Assembly (NCBI GenBank): GCA_051251915.1
Contig: JBPOGF010000019.1
Location: 1-64,000, forward strand
Length of the DNA: 64,000 bases
Origin: Akkermansiaceae bacterium
GTDB lineage: Bacteria; Verrucomicrobiota; Verrucomicrobiia; Verrucomicrobiales; Akkermansiaceae
Reading direction: 5' to 3'
Below are positions 51,531-61,138 of the stretch, piece after piece (within the stretch, counting starts at the first letter, position 1; every line of letters begins with the position of its first letter). The notes beneath the pieces are model-generated. The model made no database searches. It saw only the letters and a list, made by a program, of their open reading frames with translations, and was not told the origin of the DNA. Position numbers and translations under genes: made by a program.

Positions 51531-52142
51531 ATGGCACGCTATATAGGCCCAAAAGATAAAATCAGTCGTCGATTCGGAGTAGCACTCTTCGGACCATCAA
51601 AGGCACTTGAGCGCAGAAACTTCCCTCCAGGACAACACGGATTCCGTGCTGGACGTAAGAAGAAGTCTGACTACTCAATCGCACTCGGTGAAAAGCAGAA
51701 ACTACGTTTCCAATACGGAGTTCTAGAGAAGCAGTTCCGTGGATACTATGCAGAAGCAGCACGTCGCCGTGCGGTTACTGGTGATACACTCTGCCAACTT
51801 CTTGAGACTCGTCTTGATAACGTTTGTTACAGACTTGGACTCGGAAACACACGTTCAGCTGCACGTCAGCTTGTAAACCACGGACACATCACAGTGAACG
51901 GCACTAAGACTGACATCGCGTCATTCCAGTGCAAGCCAGGTGACGTGATCAAGGTAGGACCAAGAGCAGCTTCACAGCAGCTAGGCCTCCGCGCTCTTGA
52001 TCTCACACAGGCAGTTCCACTTAAAGAGTGGCTCACACTTGACCGTGACGCAATGGCAGGAACAGTTGCCCGCGTCCCAGAAGAAGAGGACATGGATCAC
52101 GGTGTAAACGTTCAGCTTGTTGTTGAACTTTACTCAAGATAA
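51531..52142 (+). CDS. rpsD: 30S ribosomal protein S4 (Zn-free type)
   Basis: MARYIGP, PPGQHG, EKQKLR, LETRLDN, ARQLVNHGH, VELYSR. Confidence 0.97.
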   Translation: MARYIGPKDKISRRFGVALFGPSKALERRNFPPGQHGFRAGRKKKSDYSIALGEKQKLRFQYGVLEKQFRGYYAEAARRRAVTGDTLCQLLETRLDNVCYRLGLGNTRSAARQLVNHGHITVNGTKTDIASFQCKPGDVIKVGPRAASQQLGLRALDLTQAVPLKEWLTLDRDAMAGTVARVPEEEDMDHGVNVQLVVELYSR

Positions 52143-52167
52143 TCTCTCTGAGATTTACAACATTTTT

Positions 52168-52199
52168 AAAGGGCGCATCGTTTACGGTGCGTCTTTTTT
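52168..52199 (+). terminator. Intrinsic terminator directly after rpsD
   Basis: aagggcgcatcg-ttta-cggtgcgtctt plus T-run. Confidence 0.8.
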
Positions 52200-52217
52200 G
52201 TTGCTTTAAACCTGACC

Positions 52218-52580
52218 TTATAACCCGAGCTGCGCTAGAATGGTTAGTATCTGTATAAAGAGGGTGGTCAATGATAAGAGAACACCACCAGCTAGAATTG
52301 GTTTTAAGCTTTGTGGCGCATCAAAATATTTTTCAAAGCTAGAAGTTAGATAAAGGGAGAAACAAATATTTATAAAGAAGCTCATCCAGAAGCCTATGTA
52401 GGTAACAGTCAGAGAGCAGGTGATACCGTCCTTAAATCCAGTTTCGTTGACTAAAATGAAGATGATGGGGATGGCTAGAAATGGAGTCGAGAATTAGCCT
52501 TAGTATAATCTATCGTGAGGATATGCTTTACGCTTTAGTTGTGGTGTTATCCTACCTTGGGGTTTGTATTGAAGGGCCAT
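52218..52580 (-). pseudogene. Probable pseudogene of a small 3-TM membrane protein
   Basis: 121-codon frame from ATG 52580 to TAA 52218, interrupted only by TAA at 52502-52500 and 52496-52494; three hydrophobic segments. Confidence 0.45.
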
Positions 52581-52667
52581 GATTACTTTATGATAGTCAT
52601 GTTTGTGAAGGCTTAATGATTTCTTTGTGAAAAGTTTGAGTGTTGTTATATTTTTGCATTAAGGCAT

Positions 52668-52703
52668 AAAAAAACACAGCCTCTCGTGTGAGAAGCTGTG
52701 TTC
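52668..52703 (-). terminator. Intrinsic terminator of the porin gene
   Basis: aacacagc-ctctcgtgtgagaa-gctgtgtt with an A-run on the + strand. Confidence 0.7.
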
Positions 52704-52777
52704 TGAACTAGATCCAGAATCTATGAAAAATATACTACCAGACTAGGAGTAGGAATTTCATGAGAACAATACGTACT

Positions 52778-52811
52778 ACTGTGATGAACCTAGAACTGTG
52801 ATGAACCTAGA
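52778..52811. repeat. 17-bp perfect tandem duplication ACTGTGATGAACCTAGA x2
   Basis: Read directly; overlaps the porin stop codon. Confidence 0.9.
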
Positions 52812-54015
52812 AATACATTCTGTAAGCGAGCCAGAGAGTAGTTGCGTCTACGTCACCGTCTTGTGCAGTTAGTGTTTCGTATTCAACACCTGTCATGATC
52901 TTGCTGTTGTGACCACAGAAGAAGTAGTTAAGGCCAGCATAGATGCTGTGGTGTGCATCACCTCTGCCACCGCCGAGATCAGTGTCACCGAGCTCTGCAC
53001 GACGAACGTAACGAGAGTTCATGCGGACGCCTTCTTCTTCGCTAGATCCTTGGAACTGGTAGCGAGTAACAAACTCAAGTTTGTCTTCGATGATGTATTT
53101 AGATGGCATGACTACTAGACCGTAGAATGCTCCTTCGCGGTCTGAATTGCTTTGCTCTCCGTTGTCACCAACTACGAGGTTTACCATGAGATCCCAGTCT
53201 GCGACTTGTCCGTTCCAGGCTGCTGATGCTACCCACTCGTAACCTACTTCGATTTGGTCGTCGTCAGTTCCTTGGTCCATGTTGTAGAATACGTCGAAGA
53301 GGATGTCTCCACCGAGTGCTTCTACTGATGTGCTGGCGTAGATTGCATTACCTGCATCCCAGTTGCCGATGAAGTCGCTGTCGTCGAGGCTGAGGAAGCC
53401 GAGTGTTCCTGCTAGTCCGCCGCGTTCGAAATCGAGTGTGAAACCAGTGAAACGGCCGTCAGCGATTTTGTTAGAGAGAGCTGAGCGCTCAACAGTTTTG
53501 ATCTTTTTAGATGATGTGTGTGACTGGCTGCCGATCTCGATCTTGTGACGACCGTAGGTGAGCTCAAGTGAGTCGAATCCCATGATGTCTTTCTTTTTGT
53601 AAGAAAACTTCATTTGGTCGAAGTCTTGGTAACCGAACTCGCGGTCTCCACCAGTTGGCTTGTCATCGTCTTCGAGGTTTACGTTACCTTTGATTTGAAG
53701 GCCGTTGAATGCTTTGATTTTCATTCCTGCGCGGAGGCGGCGAACTTCTTCAAAGTCGTTGTTAAAATCTTTTCCGTTTACGTCAGATCCATCTACATAA
53801 GCATATTGTCCTTGGAAGCGACCGAAAACGCTCACTTCTTGGATGAATGGATTGCTCTTGTCGTTGTAGAGCATTCCGAAGTTTTGCAATGTGCTGCAGA
53901 AGTCACCACTGTTAGATTCAGGTTGAGCTACTACAGGAGCATCAATTGGCCCTGCTACTGCTGCGCCTGAAAGGGCGATAGCACCGATTATTGTTTTTAC
54001 TACGTTGTTTTCCAT
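52807..54015 (-). CDS. OprO/OprP-like (phosphate-selective) porin
   Basis: Signal peptide; GRFQGQY, EVRRLRAG, SSKKIKTVERS, GLNYFF, terminal Phe. Confidence 0.8.
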   Translation of the reverse strand: MENNVVKTIIGAIALSGAAVAGPIDAPVVAQPESNSGDFCSTLQNFGMLYNDKSNPFIQEVSVFGRFQGQYAYVDGSDVNGKDFNNDFEEVRRLRAGMKIKAFNGLQIKGNVNLEDDDKPTGGDREFGYQDFDQMKFSYKKKDIMGFDSLELTYGRHKIEIGSQSHTSSKKIKTVERSALSNKIADGRFTGFTLDFERGGLAGTLGFLSLDDSDFIGNWDAGNAIYASTSVEALGGDILFDVFYNMDQGTDDDQIEVGYEWVASAAWNGQVADWDLMVNLVVGDNGEQSNSDREGAFYGLVVMPSKYIIEDKLEFVTRYQFQGSSEEEGVRMNSRYVRRAELGDTDLGGGRGDAHHSIYAGLNYFFCGHNSKIMTGVEYETLTAQDGDVDATTLWLAYRMYF

Positions 54016-54165
54016 GATTGTTGTTTGTTAGTAATAATGTGAGATGGTGGCTTCTTTTGTTTGAAGTTCTGGCCCTCTCACAACTGCGGATGTTTTGTCA
54101 GATAATTTAGATTGTAGAATTTTTTAAATGTGAAGAAATTGACACTTATGGATGGTGATGTGGTT

Positions 54166-55374
54166 TTACCTCACTTCGATGATGCTGACTTCTCCTTTAC
54201 CTGGTTTTCCTTCATCGCCGGTGAGGATGTAAGTTTTACCGGCTTGTTTCTGGATGATGATTCCTTCTGGTCTACTGCCTACAGGGACGCTGGCTATTTT
54301 TTTAGGTGTAGACGGATTTGAGATATCCATGATGAGTGTGGTGTCGGCTCGTTCGATGGCGATGGCTAGGTAGAGCTTACCACTTTGTCTGAACATGTAG
54401 ACTCCCTCGGGGTCACAGCGTTCTCCGGTGCCGCTTAGTGATCTAACATTTATTCTAGTGATGAAGCGAGGCGTTTGACTTAGGTTGGCGGAGTTGACTT
54501 GGAAGAGTGAGACTGTGTCGCTCCCTTCCTCGGCGATGGCGAGGAGTTTGCTTGAGCCGTAGTTGATGAGGTTGGCTCCGTCTGGGAGTGATCCGCTGGG
54601 TAGCTTAATGATGCTGGCTACTTTTGGTGAGGAGTTGAGGGGGACAATGACTACGGCATTGTCGTCTTGGCAAGCTACAGCCGCGAAGCTGGAGCTGGAA
54701 TCGATCCCTACAAACTCAGGCTCGACTCTGCCGGCGGGTCTGCCGATGGCTTCTGCTAGTCCTGCTACTTTGTAGACGGGTAGTGTGGAGCTTGAACCTA
54801 GTTTTGTGAGGTCTACGAGTATGATGGCTCCTGGTGTGCTGGAGCTACCTTCGGCTTCATCTGCGATGACGGCCCATTTACCATTTGGTGAAATGGCGAT
54901 GCTGTCGAGGTGGATGCCAATTTCTTGGTCGAGGAGGAATTTTGTTTGGCCGGATTTAGCGGCGTTGAGGTCGAAGGCGACTAGGCGCCCAGCTGAGCCG
55001 TTGACGGCAGCTAGTGCGATGTTTTTTTTAGGGTGGACTGCTACGCTGGTAGGTTCGCCGTTAGTGTTGATGCCTTGGATGCCAGATTTGGTAGGATCTT
55101 GATCAATAGGGGTAAGTTTTCCAGAACTTAGGTCTGGAGCGGAGATGACGGTAATGTCTTTTGAAACTGAGTTGGTGGTGAGGAGGAGTTTGGTGGAGGC
55201 TGAGTAGGAGATGATTTCACTGCATCTTCCGGGGGTGTCATAGGTGGTGACTTTTCTAACATTTGCTTGCTCGAAAGATTTCTGTGAGGCTGAGCTATTA
55301 GATTGTTGGGCGCATTGTGTTAGAGCTGTAGTGAGTGCGGTGAGGCAGAGTAACTGCGATAAATTTTTTGTCAT
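54166..55374 (-). CDS. Beta-propeller lipoprotein (choice-of-anchor I-like)
   Basis: LTQC lipobox; EPTSVAV, ADEAE, EPEFV, DPEG, IER, PEG motifs. Confidence 0.7.
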   Translation of the reverse strand: MTKNLSQLLCLTALTTALTQCAQQSNSSASQKSFEQANVRKVTTYDTPGRCSEIISYSASTKLLLTTNSVSKDITVISAPDLSSGKLTPIDQDPTKSGIQGINTNGEPTSVAVHPKKNIALAAVNGSAGRLVAFDLNAAKSGQTKFLLDQEIGIHLDSIAISPNGKWAVIADEAEGSSSTPGAIILVDLTKLGSSSTLPVYKVAGLAEAIGRPAGRVEPEFVGIDSSSSFAAVACQDDNAVVIVPLNSSPKVASIIKLPSGSLPDGANLINYGSSKLLAIAEEGSDTVSLFQVNSANLSQTPRFITRINVRSLSGTGERCDPEGVYMFRQSGKLYLAIAIERADTTLIMDISNPSTPKKIASVPVGSRPEGIIIQKQAGKTYILTGDEGKPGKGEVSIIEVR

Positions 55375-55469
55375 GTGAAGCTTCTAGCGAGCTGCATGAT
55401 AAAAAAGGAGCTAGTTAAATTGACAAAAATGTCACATGTGGAGGCTCTGTTTTTTGATAAGCTTTGAGT

Positions 55470-56099
55470 TTAGGCGGCTTTGTTCATTAAGAAGAATTGC
55501 CATTCTTTGATGCCAAGTGTGTTTTTTAGAGTGAGTGTTACTGGCACGGCTTTTGGTTCGAGTGGGGTGGTGCGGAGTTTGAGGCCGGCTTCTGCTGGTG
55601 TTTTGTCACCTTTCTGGGAGTTGAGGAGGCGTTCGCATAATACGCAATTTTCCCAGCTGGTTTCACCGCCTCGTGACTGAGGCATGATGTGGTCTATGCT
55701 GGCTTCTGAGAAGTTGAGTGTTTTTCCTGAATACTGACAGGTGCCGCCGTCACGAAGCCAGAGTGCCTTTAGGCCGAACTTAGGGCGGAAGAGGGGGACT
55801 TTATTGAAGCTTTTAAGGATAACAATTGTAGGTATTCTGACGGATCCACGGGCTGTGCCGATGGAGTGGTCTTGTTCGCGGATGTCTAGGTTCATCCAGT
55901 CGGACCATGGGGTTGGAGTCATGTTATTCTCGCCGTCTATGTCTAGGCCGTCTGCGTTTGCTGATACGAGATGAGAGAATGCGTCTGCGGGGCTGATGAC
56001 TGCTATGGCTTGCCAATTTCGATTTAATACTAAGACACAGTGGTCATGGATCCGGCTTCTGTTTTTCGCTTGAGTGTGCGAGTTACTTTGCTGTTTCAT
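55470..56099 (-). CDS. HNH endonuclease (McrA-like)
   Basis: VLVLNRNW, RDGGTCQYS, IDHIMPQSRGG..SWENCV...NSQKGDKTP. Confidence 0.9.
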   Translation of the reverse strand: MKQQSNSHTQAKNRSRIHDHCVLVLNRNWQAIAVISPADAFSHLVSANADGLDIDGENNMTPTPWSDWMNLDIREQDHSIGTARGSVRIPTIVILKSFNKVPLFRPKFGLKALWLRDGGTCQYSGKTLNFSEASIDHIMPQSRGGETSWENCVLCERLLNSQKGDKTPAEAGLKLRTTPLEPKAVPVTLTLKNTLGIKEWQFFLMNKAA

Positions 56100-56267
56100 G
56101 GTAAGTAAATGTGGTTGGTCAAAAATAATTATTTAAGACTTGTTAACATTTAATCATTTATCCTGAATGTCTGCAACGGAAAAAATGTGATGAGAATGGC
56201 AGGAAGGCTAAAGCTGGGTGCTATTGGTTAGGTCTTTTAGTATTCTTCTGGATCTCTCTAGGTCTGC

Positions 56268-57386
56268 TTATTCTGGTGCTGTGGGTTGGATGACGACAGG
56301 TCCTTTGCCTCTGGTAATGAGAGCTATTTGTTTAGAGATAGGGTTAAGAATACAGATTTGATCGTCGCCGAGTTGGAAGACGACGAGATCTCCTGGTAGC
56401 TGGGTTGCGTTACGTATTGGCCATGCGACGAAGGGGGTTTCTAGGGAGTAGTTGATGTGTTTTCCTGATTTTTTATTTTCACCTGAGATTCCTTGAACGG
56501 GCCAAAACCCAGTGTTGAATTCCCATTCGGATGTTTCAGATAGTGAGGGGATAGCTCCAAAATCGGTAGTTTCTCCATGGATGTTATTGGTGAAATGTCC
56601 AGCGGGGGTTTTTATTTTGGCTGGATTTTTAGTGATAGATTCTAGTAGCAAAATCTTGAGGTCTTCGCCATGGATGGGAGATCGCTTCAGTAGTATGAGG
56701 TCAAATTTTGAGTCTTCGTTTTCGCTTAGAAAAAGTCGGTCGTAAGGGTTAGGTGCATCAGCTTTGAGCTTTGTTATTTTCTTTTTAGAGTGAGGGGAGT
56801 GTAGATCCAGGCGGATCAGTTGGTCACCCTCTGGTGATAGGTAGTAGAGGTGACAGGGTGCTGGTGTGATAAGTTCTTTATGGTTTACAACATCGAGCTG
56901 GGTCATCATAGAGGTTCCACTTGCTAGCCCGTACCAAACGAGGAGGATGAGGTAGCTGATGCCGTGGATAATTAAAATTCCTTTGGTTCTGCTTTTGAGT
57001 GAGGTTGCTTTTTTACGAAGTGCGTATTTATAGAATGGGTATTCGATGAGTATGGTGACTACGAAAGCGGTGAAGATGTATACGAAGAACCATATACTGA
57101 TGTTTTCAATCGTGATGCCGAGTGCGTCAGGAATAGCTCCTGCGAATAAGAGCGCACCAGTCCATGCTGAAAGGTAGTTAGCTAAAATAAGGATGGTGAT
57201 GGACTGCCAAATCGAGCACCTGAACATCCAAGCTAGTAAGAGTCCTTCTAGTAGGCCAATGAGGGCATTTCCAAATAGGAGATGAAGGAAAGTAGCCCAC
57301 ATCAATGGTGTGCCTGCATTTGCAGATGCTGTGCATGGTAGGAATACGAGCAGGAGCAGGGGGATGAGGTAGCGAGGTTGATTCAT
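56268..57386 (-). CDS. Hypothetical membrane protein (N-terminal TM bundle, soluble C-domain)
   Basis: ANAGTPL, GNALIGLLEG, ILIEYPF; about 5 TM helices. Confidence 0.75.
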   Translation of the reverse strand: MNQPRYLIPLLLLVFLPCTASANAGTPLMWATFLHLLFGNALIGLLEGLLLAWMFRCSIWQSITILILANYLSAWTGALLFAGAIPDALGITIENISIWFFVYIFTAFVVTILIEYPFYKYALRKKATSLKSRTKGILIIHGISYLILLVWYGLASGTSMMTQLDVVNHKELITPAPCHLYYLSPEGDQLIRLDLHSPHSKKKITKLKADAPNPYDRLFLSENEDSKFDLILLKRSPIHGEDLKILLLESITKNPAKIKTPAGHFTNNIHGETTDFGAIPSLSETSEWEFNTGFWPVQGISGENKKSGKHINYSLETPFVAWPIRNATQLPGDLVVFQLGDDQICILNPISKQIALITRGKGPVVIQPTAPE

Positions 57387-57399
57387 GGGAGGATGAATC

Positions 57400-57993
57400 T
57401 CATCCCTTCAGCAGACTTTTATTGTTCCAGAGGTAGTTCCAGCCGGAGATGAGGGTGAGGGCTATGGCTCCCCATAGGGTGATGGGCATGAGGTAGCTTT
57501 CTGGTTTGGAGAGGGTGAAAAGGAACTCGGTAAACCAGTTGTGGTTTTCGATTTGTTTGAAGGCGATGAAGGTGAGGCAGGTGATGATGAAGGTGAGCTG
57601 GAAGGTGGTTTTCCATTTGCCGAGTCTGTCTGCGGCGATGACGACGCCTTGTTCGACGGCGATTTGGCGGAGGCCGGTGACCATGAATTCTCTGCCGATG
57701 ATGGCGCAGGTGACCCAGACGGGGCAGAGGCCTTTGGAGTTGAGGTTGGAGCTGAGGTAGATGAATCCAGCGGCGACTAGGATTTTATCAGCGAGGGGGT
57801 CGAGGAGTTTTCCTAGTGAGGTGACGAGGTTGAGCTTGCGTGCGAGGTAGCCATCGACCCAGTCCGAAGCGGCGGCTATGATGAAGCTTATTAAAGCGAG
57901 AATGTTCGCCCATGGTTGCTGCATGGTGATGGCTGCGATAAAGACGGCAGTGAGGACGAGTCGGAAAGCGGTGATGGAGTTAGGAATATTCAC
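57400..57993 (-). CDS. pgsA: CDP-diacylglycerol--glycerol-3-phosphate 3-phosphatidyltransferase
   Basis: NIPNSIT, SDWVDGYLARK, LGKLLDPLADK, GKWKT. Confidence 0.93.
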   Translation of the reverse strand: MNIPNSITAFRLVLTAVFIAAITMQQPWANILALISFIIAAASDWVDGYLARKLNLVTSLGKLLDPLADKILVAAGFIYLSSNLNSKGLCPVWVTCAIIGREFMVTGLRQIAVEQGVVIAADRLGKWKTTFQLTFIITCLTFIAFKQIENHNWFTEFLFTLSKPESYLMPITLWGAIALTLISGWNYLWNNKSLLKG

Positions 57994-58183
57994 GGTTACT
58001 ATCTGGAGTGTGCATAGTTTGTGGCTTTGATCAACTTCTCGTTAGTGAAAATGATGTTTATTAGCGAGTTAACTGGAAAATAGTAAATGAGATTGACGCA
58101 AGTTCTCGTTGCGTAAATGGAAACTTTGTTGATAATGCCGCCACAGACGAACGGTAAATCAACAATTTGCAACCAAAAAAAAT

Positions 58184-59617
58184 ATGAGTAAAAGCGACTT
58201 CGGCCTAATCGGCCTAGCAGTAATGGGACAGAATCTAGTTCTCAATGTAGAGAGCAGAGGCTTCCAAGTGTCCGTGTATAACCGCACGACTTCAGTGACA
58301 GATGAATTCATCGCTGAAAATCCAGATAAAAATCTAGTGGGCGCGAAGACGCTTGAGGAATTTGTAGATAGCTTAGCGACTCCACGCAAGATCCAGATTA
58401 TGGTGAAGGCAGGTGGACCGGTGGATGCAGTGATTGAGTCACTCATTCCGCTTCTTGATCAAGACGATATCATCATTGATGGTGGTAACACTCTTTACAC
58501 AGATACTGAGCGTAGAGAGAAGTATCTCTCAGAGAAGGGCTTCCGTTTCATCGGGGCTGGTGTTTCTGGTGGAGAAGAAGGTGCGCTGAAAGGCCCATCA
58601 ATCATGCCTGGTGGCCCTGAGAGCACATGGGAAGTGATGCAGCCAATCTTTGAAGCTATTTCAGCTAAGGTTGACGGTGTTCCTTGTGTGACACACATTG
58701 GAGAAGGTGGCGCAGGTCATTTTGTGAAGATGGTTCACAATGGTATTGAGTATGGTGACATGCAGTTGATCTGTGAGGCATACAACATTTTTAAAGCAGC
58801 TGGCTTCAGCAATGAAGAGCAAGCGGCTATTTTTGCTGACTGGAACGAGGGAGACTTGGAGTCATTCTTGATCGAGATCACAGCTAATATCTTTAAGCAG
58901 AAGGATCCTGAGACAGGTAAAGACATCGTTGATCTGATCGTTGACAAAGCGGGTCAAAAAGGAACTGGTCGCTGGACTGTAATGGGATCAGTGGAGCAGG
59001 CGGTGCCATTCTCAACGATCGCAGGATCTGTTGAAGCACGTATTCTTTCATCACTCAGAGACCAGCGCAAGGTGGCTTCTGGTGTGCTTGAGGGACCTGA
59101 CAACTGGTCATTTGAGCTTAAGGGGATGAGCAAGGAAGATCTTGTGAAGAAGGTGCGTAATGCGCTTTATGCTTCTAAGATTGTTTCTTATGCTCAGGGC
59201 CTTGATCTTATTTCTAAGGTAGGAGCTGATAAGGGCTGGGAGCTTGATCTCGGTGCGATTGCTCGTATCTGGAGAGGTGGTTGCATCATCCGTGCACGTT
59301 TCCTTAACCGTATCACAGAGGCATATGAAGGTGCTGATAAGCCGACTAACTTAATGCTAGCTCCATTCTTTACTGAGATTCTTAACTCTGGTCAGCAAGA
59401 CTGGCGTGAGGTGGTGGCTCTTGCGGCTACAAATGGGATTCCTGTTCCATCATTTGGTGGATCACTTAGCTACTATGACGCATACCGCGCGGAGAGACTT
59501 CCAGCGAACTTGCTTCAGGCGCAGCGTGATTTCTTCGGTGCTCACACATACGAGCGAGTTGATAAGCCTGAAGGTGAGTTTTTCCACACGGAAGACTGGC
59601 CGGATCTGATTTCATAA
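58184..59617 (+). CDS. gnd: 6-phosphogluconate dehydrogenase, decarboxylating
   Basis: GLIGLAVMG, VSGGEEGA, VKMVHNGIEY, QAQRDFFGAH. Confidence 0.97.
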   Translation: MSKSDFGLIGLAVMGQNLVLNVESRGFQVSVYNRTTSVTDEFIAENPDKNLVGAKTLEEFVDSLATPRKIQIMVKAGGPVDAVIESLIPLLDQDDIIIDGGNTLYTDTERREKYLSEKGFRFIGAGVSGGEEGALKGPSIMPGGPESTWEVMQPIFEAISAKVDGVPCVTHIGEGGAGHFVKMVHNGIEYGDMQLICEAYNIFKAAGFSNEEQAAIFADWNEGDLESFLIEITANIFKQKDPETGKDIVDLIVDKAGQKGTGRWTVMGSVEQAVPFSTIAGSVEARILSSLRDQRKVASGVLEGPDNWSFELKGMSKEDLVKKVRNALYASKIVSYAQGLDLISKVGADKGWELDLGAIARIWRGGCIIRARFLNRITEAYEGADKPTNLMLAPFFTEILNSGQQDWREVVALAATNGIPVPSFGGSLSYYDAYRAERLPANLLQAQRDFFGAHTYERVDKPEGEFFHTEDWPDLIS

Positions 59618-59666
59618 TCTCTGATTTCAAATAGGAAGTTGCCAGTGTGCAATTTCTGATGTTAAG

Positions 59667-59702
59667 TAACCCGTCTTGGTTTTCCGAGGCGGGTTATTTT
59701 TT
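59667..59702 (+). terminator. Intrinsic terminator of gnd
   Basis: taacccgtcttgg-tttt-ccgaggcgggtta plus T-run. Confidence 0.75.
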
Positions 59703-59710
59703 ACATCAAC

Positions 59711-61126
59711 ATGCTTATGAAACATATTATTTCTAAAATTCTTTTGTCGTCTGTTCTTCTGAGTGCTTCGCTGCGTGGTGAGGCTCCTTATTTTGCTAGT
59801 GGGATAAAGGTGGGGGAGGTGGATCAGGATTCTGCGATTGTGTGGATGAGGTTGACGGAGGAGAAGGAGGCTGATTTTGGTAAGTTACCGATTTTTACTG
59901 AGGGGCTGAAGTTAAGAGAGAAGGATAAGAACCAAGCGGAAATGCCGGTGGGAGTGGTTCCTGGGGCAGCTGGTGAGGGGAGAGTGGTGTATTGGAAAAA
60001 GGGGGCTGGGGATGTTAAGTTTGAGACAGAGTGGGTGGAGGTGACGGAGGAGCGAGATTTTTCTCATCAATTTGAGCTTGAGGGATTGGAGGCGAATGTG
60101 AGGTATGAACTTGTGGTGGAGGCTCGTAAGGGTGATGATGAGGTGAGCACGGCTATTACGGGAGGTTTCAAGACGGCTCCTGCGAGTGAGCAGGTGGTGC
60201 CGGTATCATTTATTGTGACGACCTGTCAGGCAGTTAGAAGTATTGATTCAGGTAAAGAAGGGCATATTGCCTACAAGCATATGTTAGATTATAATCCTGA
60301 TTTCTTTGTGCATACTGGAGACATTCTTTACTATGATAAAGCTCCGATTTGTAAGAATGTGGAGCAGGCGCGAGCGAAGTGGGACTTGATGTTTTCTTAT
60401 GGGTATAACCGTGAGTTTCATCGGTTTGTGAGTTCTTATTTCATGAAGGATGATCATGATACTCTGAAGGATGATGCTTATCCGGGGATGATTTATGGTG
60501 ATCTAACATTTGAGAAGGGATTGGAGATTTTTCGGGAGCAGGTGCCTATGGGGGATAAGACGTATCGGACGATTCGCTGGGGGAAGGATGTGCAGGTTTG
60601 GCTGACTGAGAATAGAGATTTTAGGTCAAAGAATTTTATTAAGGATGGACCAGAGAAAACGATTCTAGGTGAGGAGCAGAAGGCTTGGTTGAAGAAAACG
60701 ATCGAGGACTCTGATGCGACTTATAAATTTATTATTACGCCTGGGCCGATGGTGGGGCCGGATAAGAAGGGGAAGACGGATAACCATTCTAACGCTGCGT
60801 TTGCTCATGAAGGTCAGGAGTTGCGGGACTTTGTAGCTGAGCAGAAAAACTTGTATGTTATCTGTGGTGATAGGCACTGGCAGTATTGTTCTAAGGACCC
60901 GAAGACTGGAGTGTTAGAGATGGGGTGTGGGCCGATTAATGATCAACATATTTTTGGAGGTAGCTCTGGCGAAAATGTTAAGTTTCATCGTTACTTCAGT
61001 GAAAAGGGAGGGTTTCTTGCGATCACTGTGGTAGACGGTAAGGCGAAGGCTGAGTGGTATACTTCGAGTGATGTGGATGCCGCTGGTAAGCCAAAGGTTG
61101 GCTATACTGAGCAACTTGGAGAGTAG
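59711..61126 (+). CDS. phoD: Alkaline phosphatase D (PhoD) family protein
   Basis: Signal peptide; GDILYYD, KDDHD, LGEEQKAWL, GDRH. Confidence 0.85.
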   Translation: MLMKHIISKILLSSVLLSASLRGEAPYFASGIKVGEVDQDSAIVWMRLTEEKEADFGKLPIFTEGLKLREKDKNQAEMPVGVVPGAAGEGRVVYWKKGAGDVKFETEWVEVTEERDFSHQFELEGLEANVRYELVVEARKGDDEVSTAITGGFKTAPASEQVVPVSFIVTTCQAVRSIDSGKEGHIAYKHMLDYNPDFFVHTGDILYYDKAPICKNVEQARAKWDLMFSYGYNREFHRFVSSYFMKDDHDTLKDDAYPGMIYGDLTFEKGLEIFREQVPMGDKTYRTIRWGKDVQVWLTENRDFRSKNFIKDGPEKTILGEEQKAWLKKTIEDSDATYKFIITPGPMVGPDKKGKTDNHSNAAFAHEGQELRDFVAEQKNLYVICGDRHWQYCSKDPKTGVLEMGCGPINDQHIFGGSSGENVKFHRYFSEKGGFLAITVVDGKAKAEWYTSSDVDAAGKPKVGYTEQLGE

Positions 61127-61138
61127 AGTTGTGAGAGG

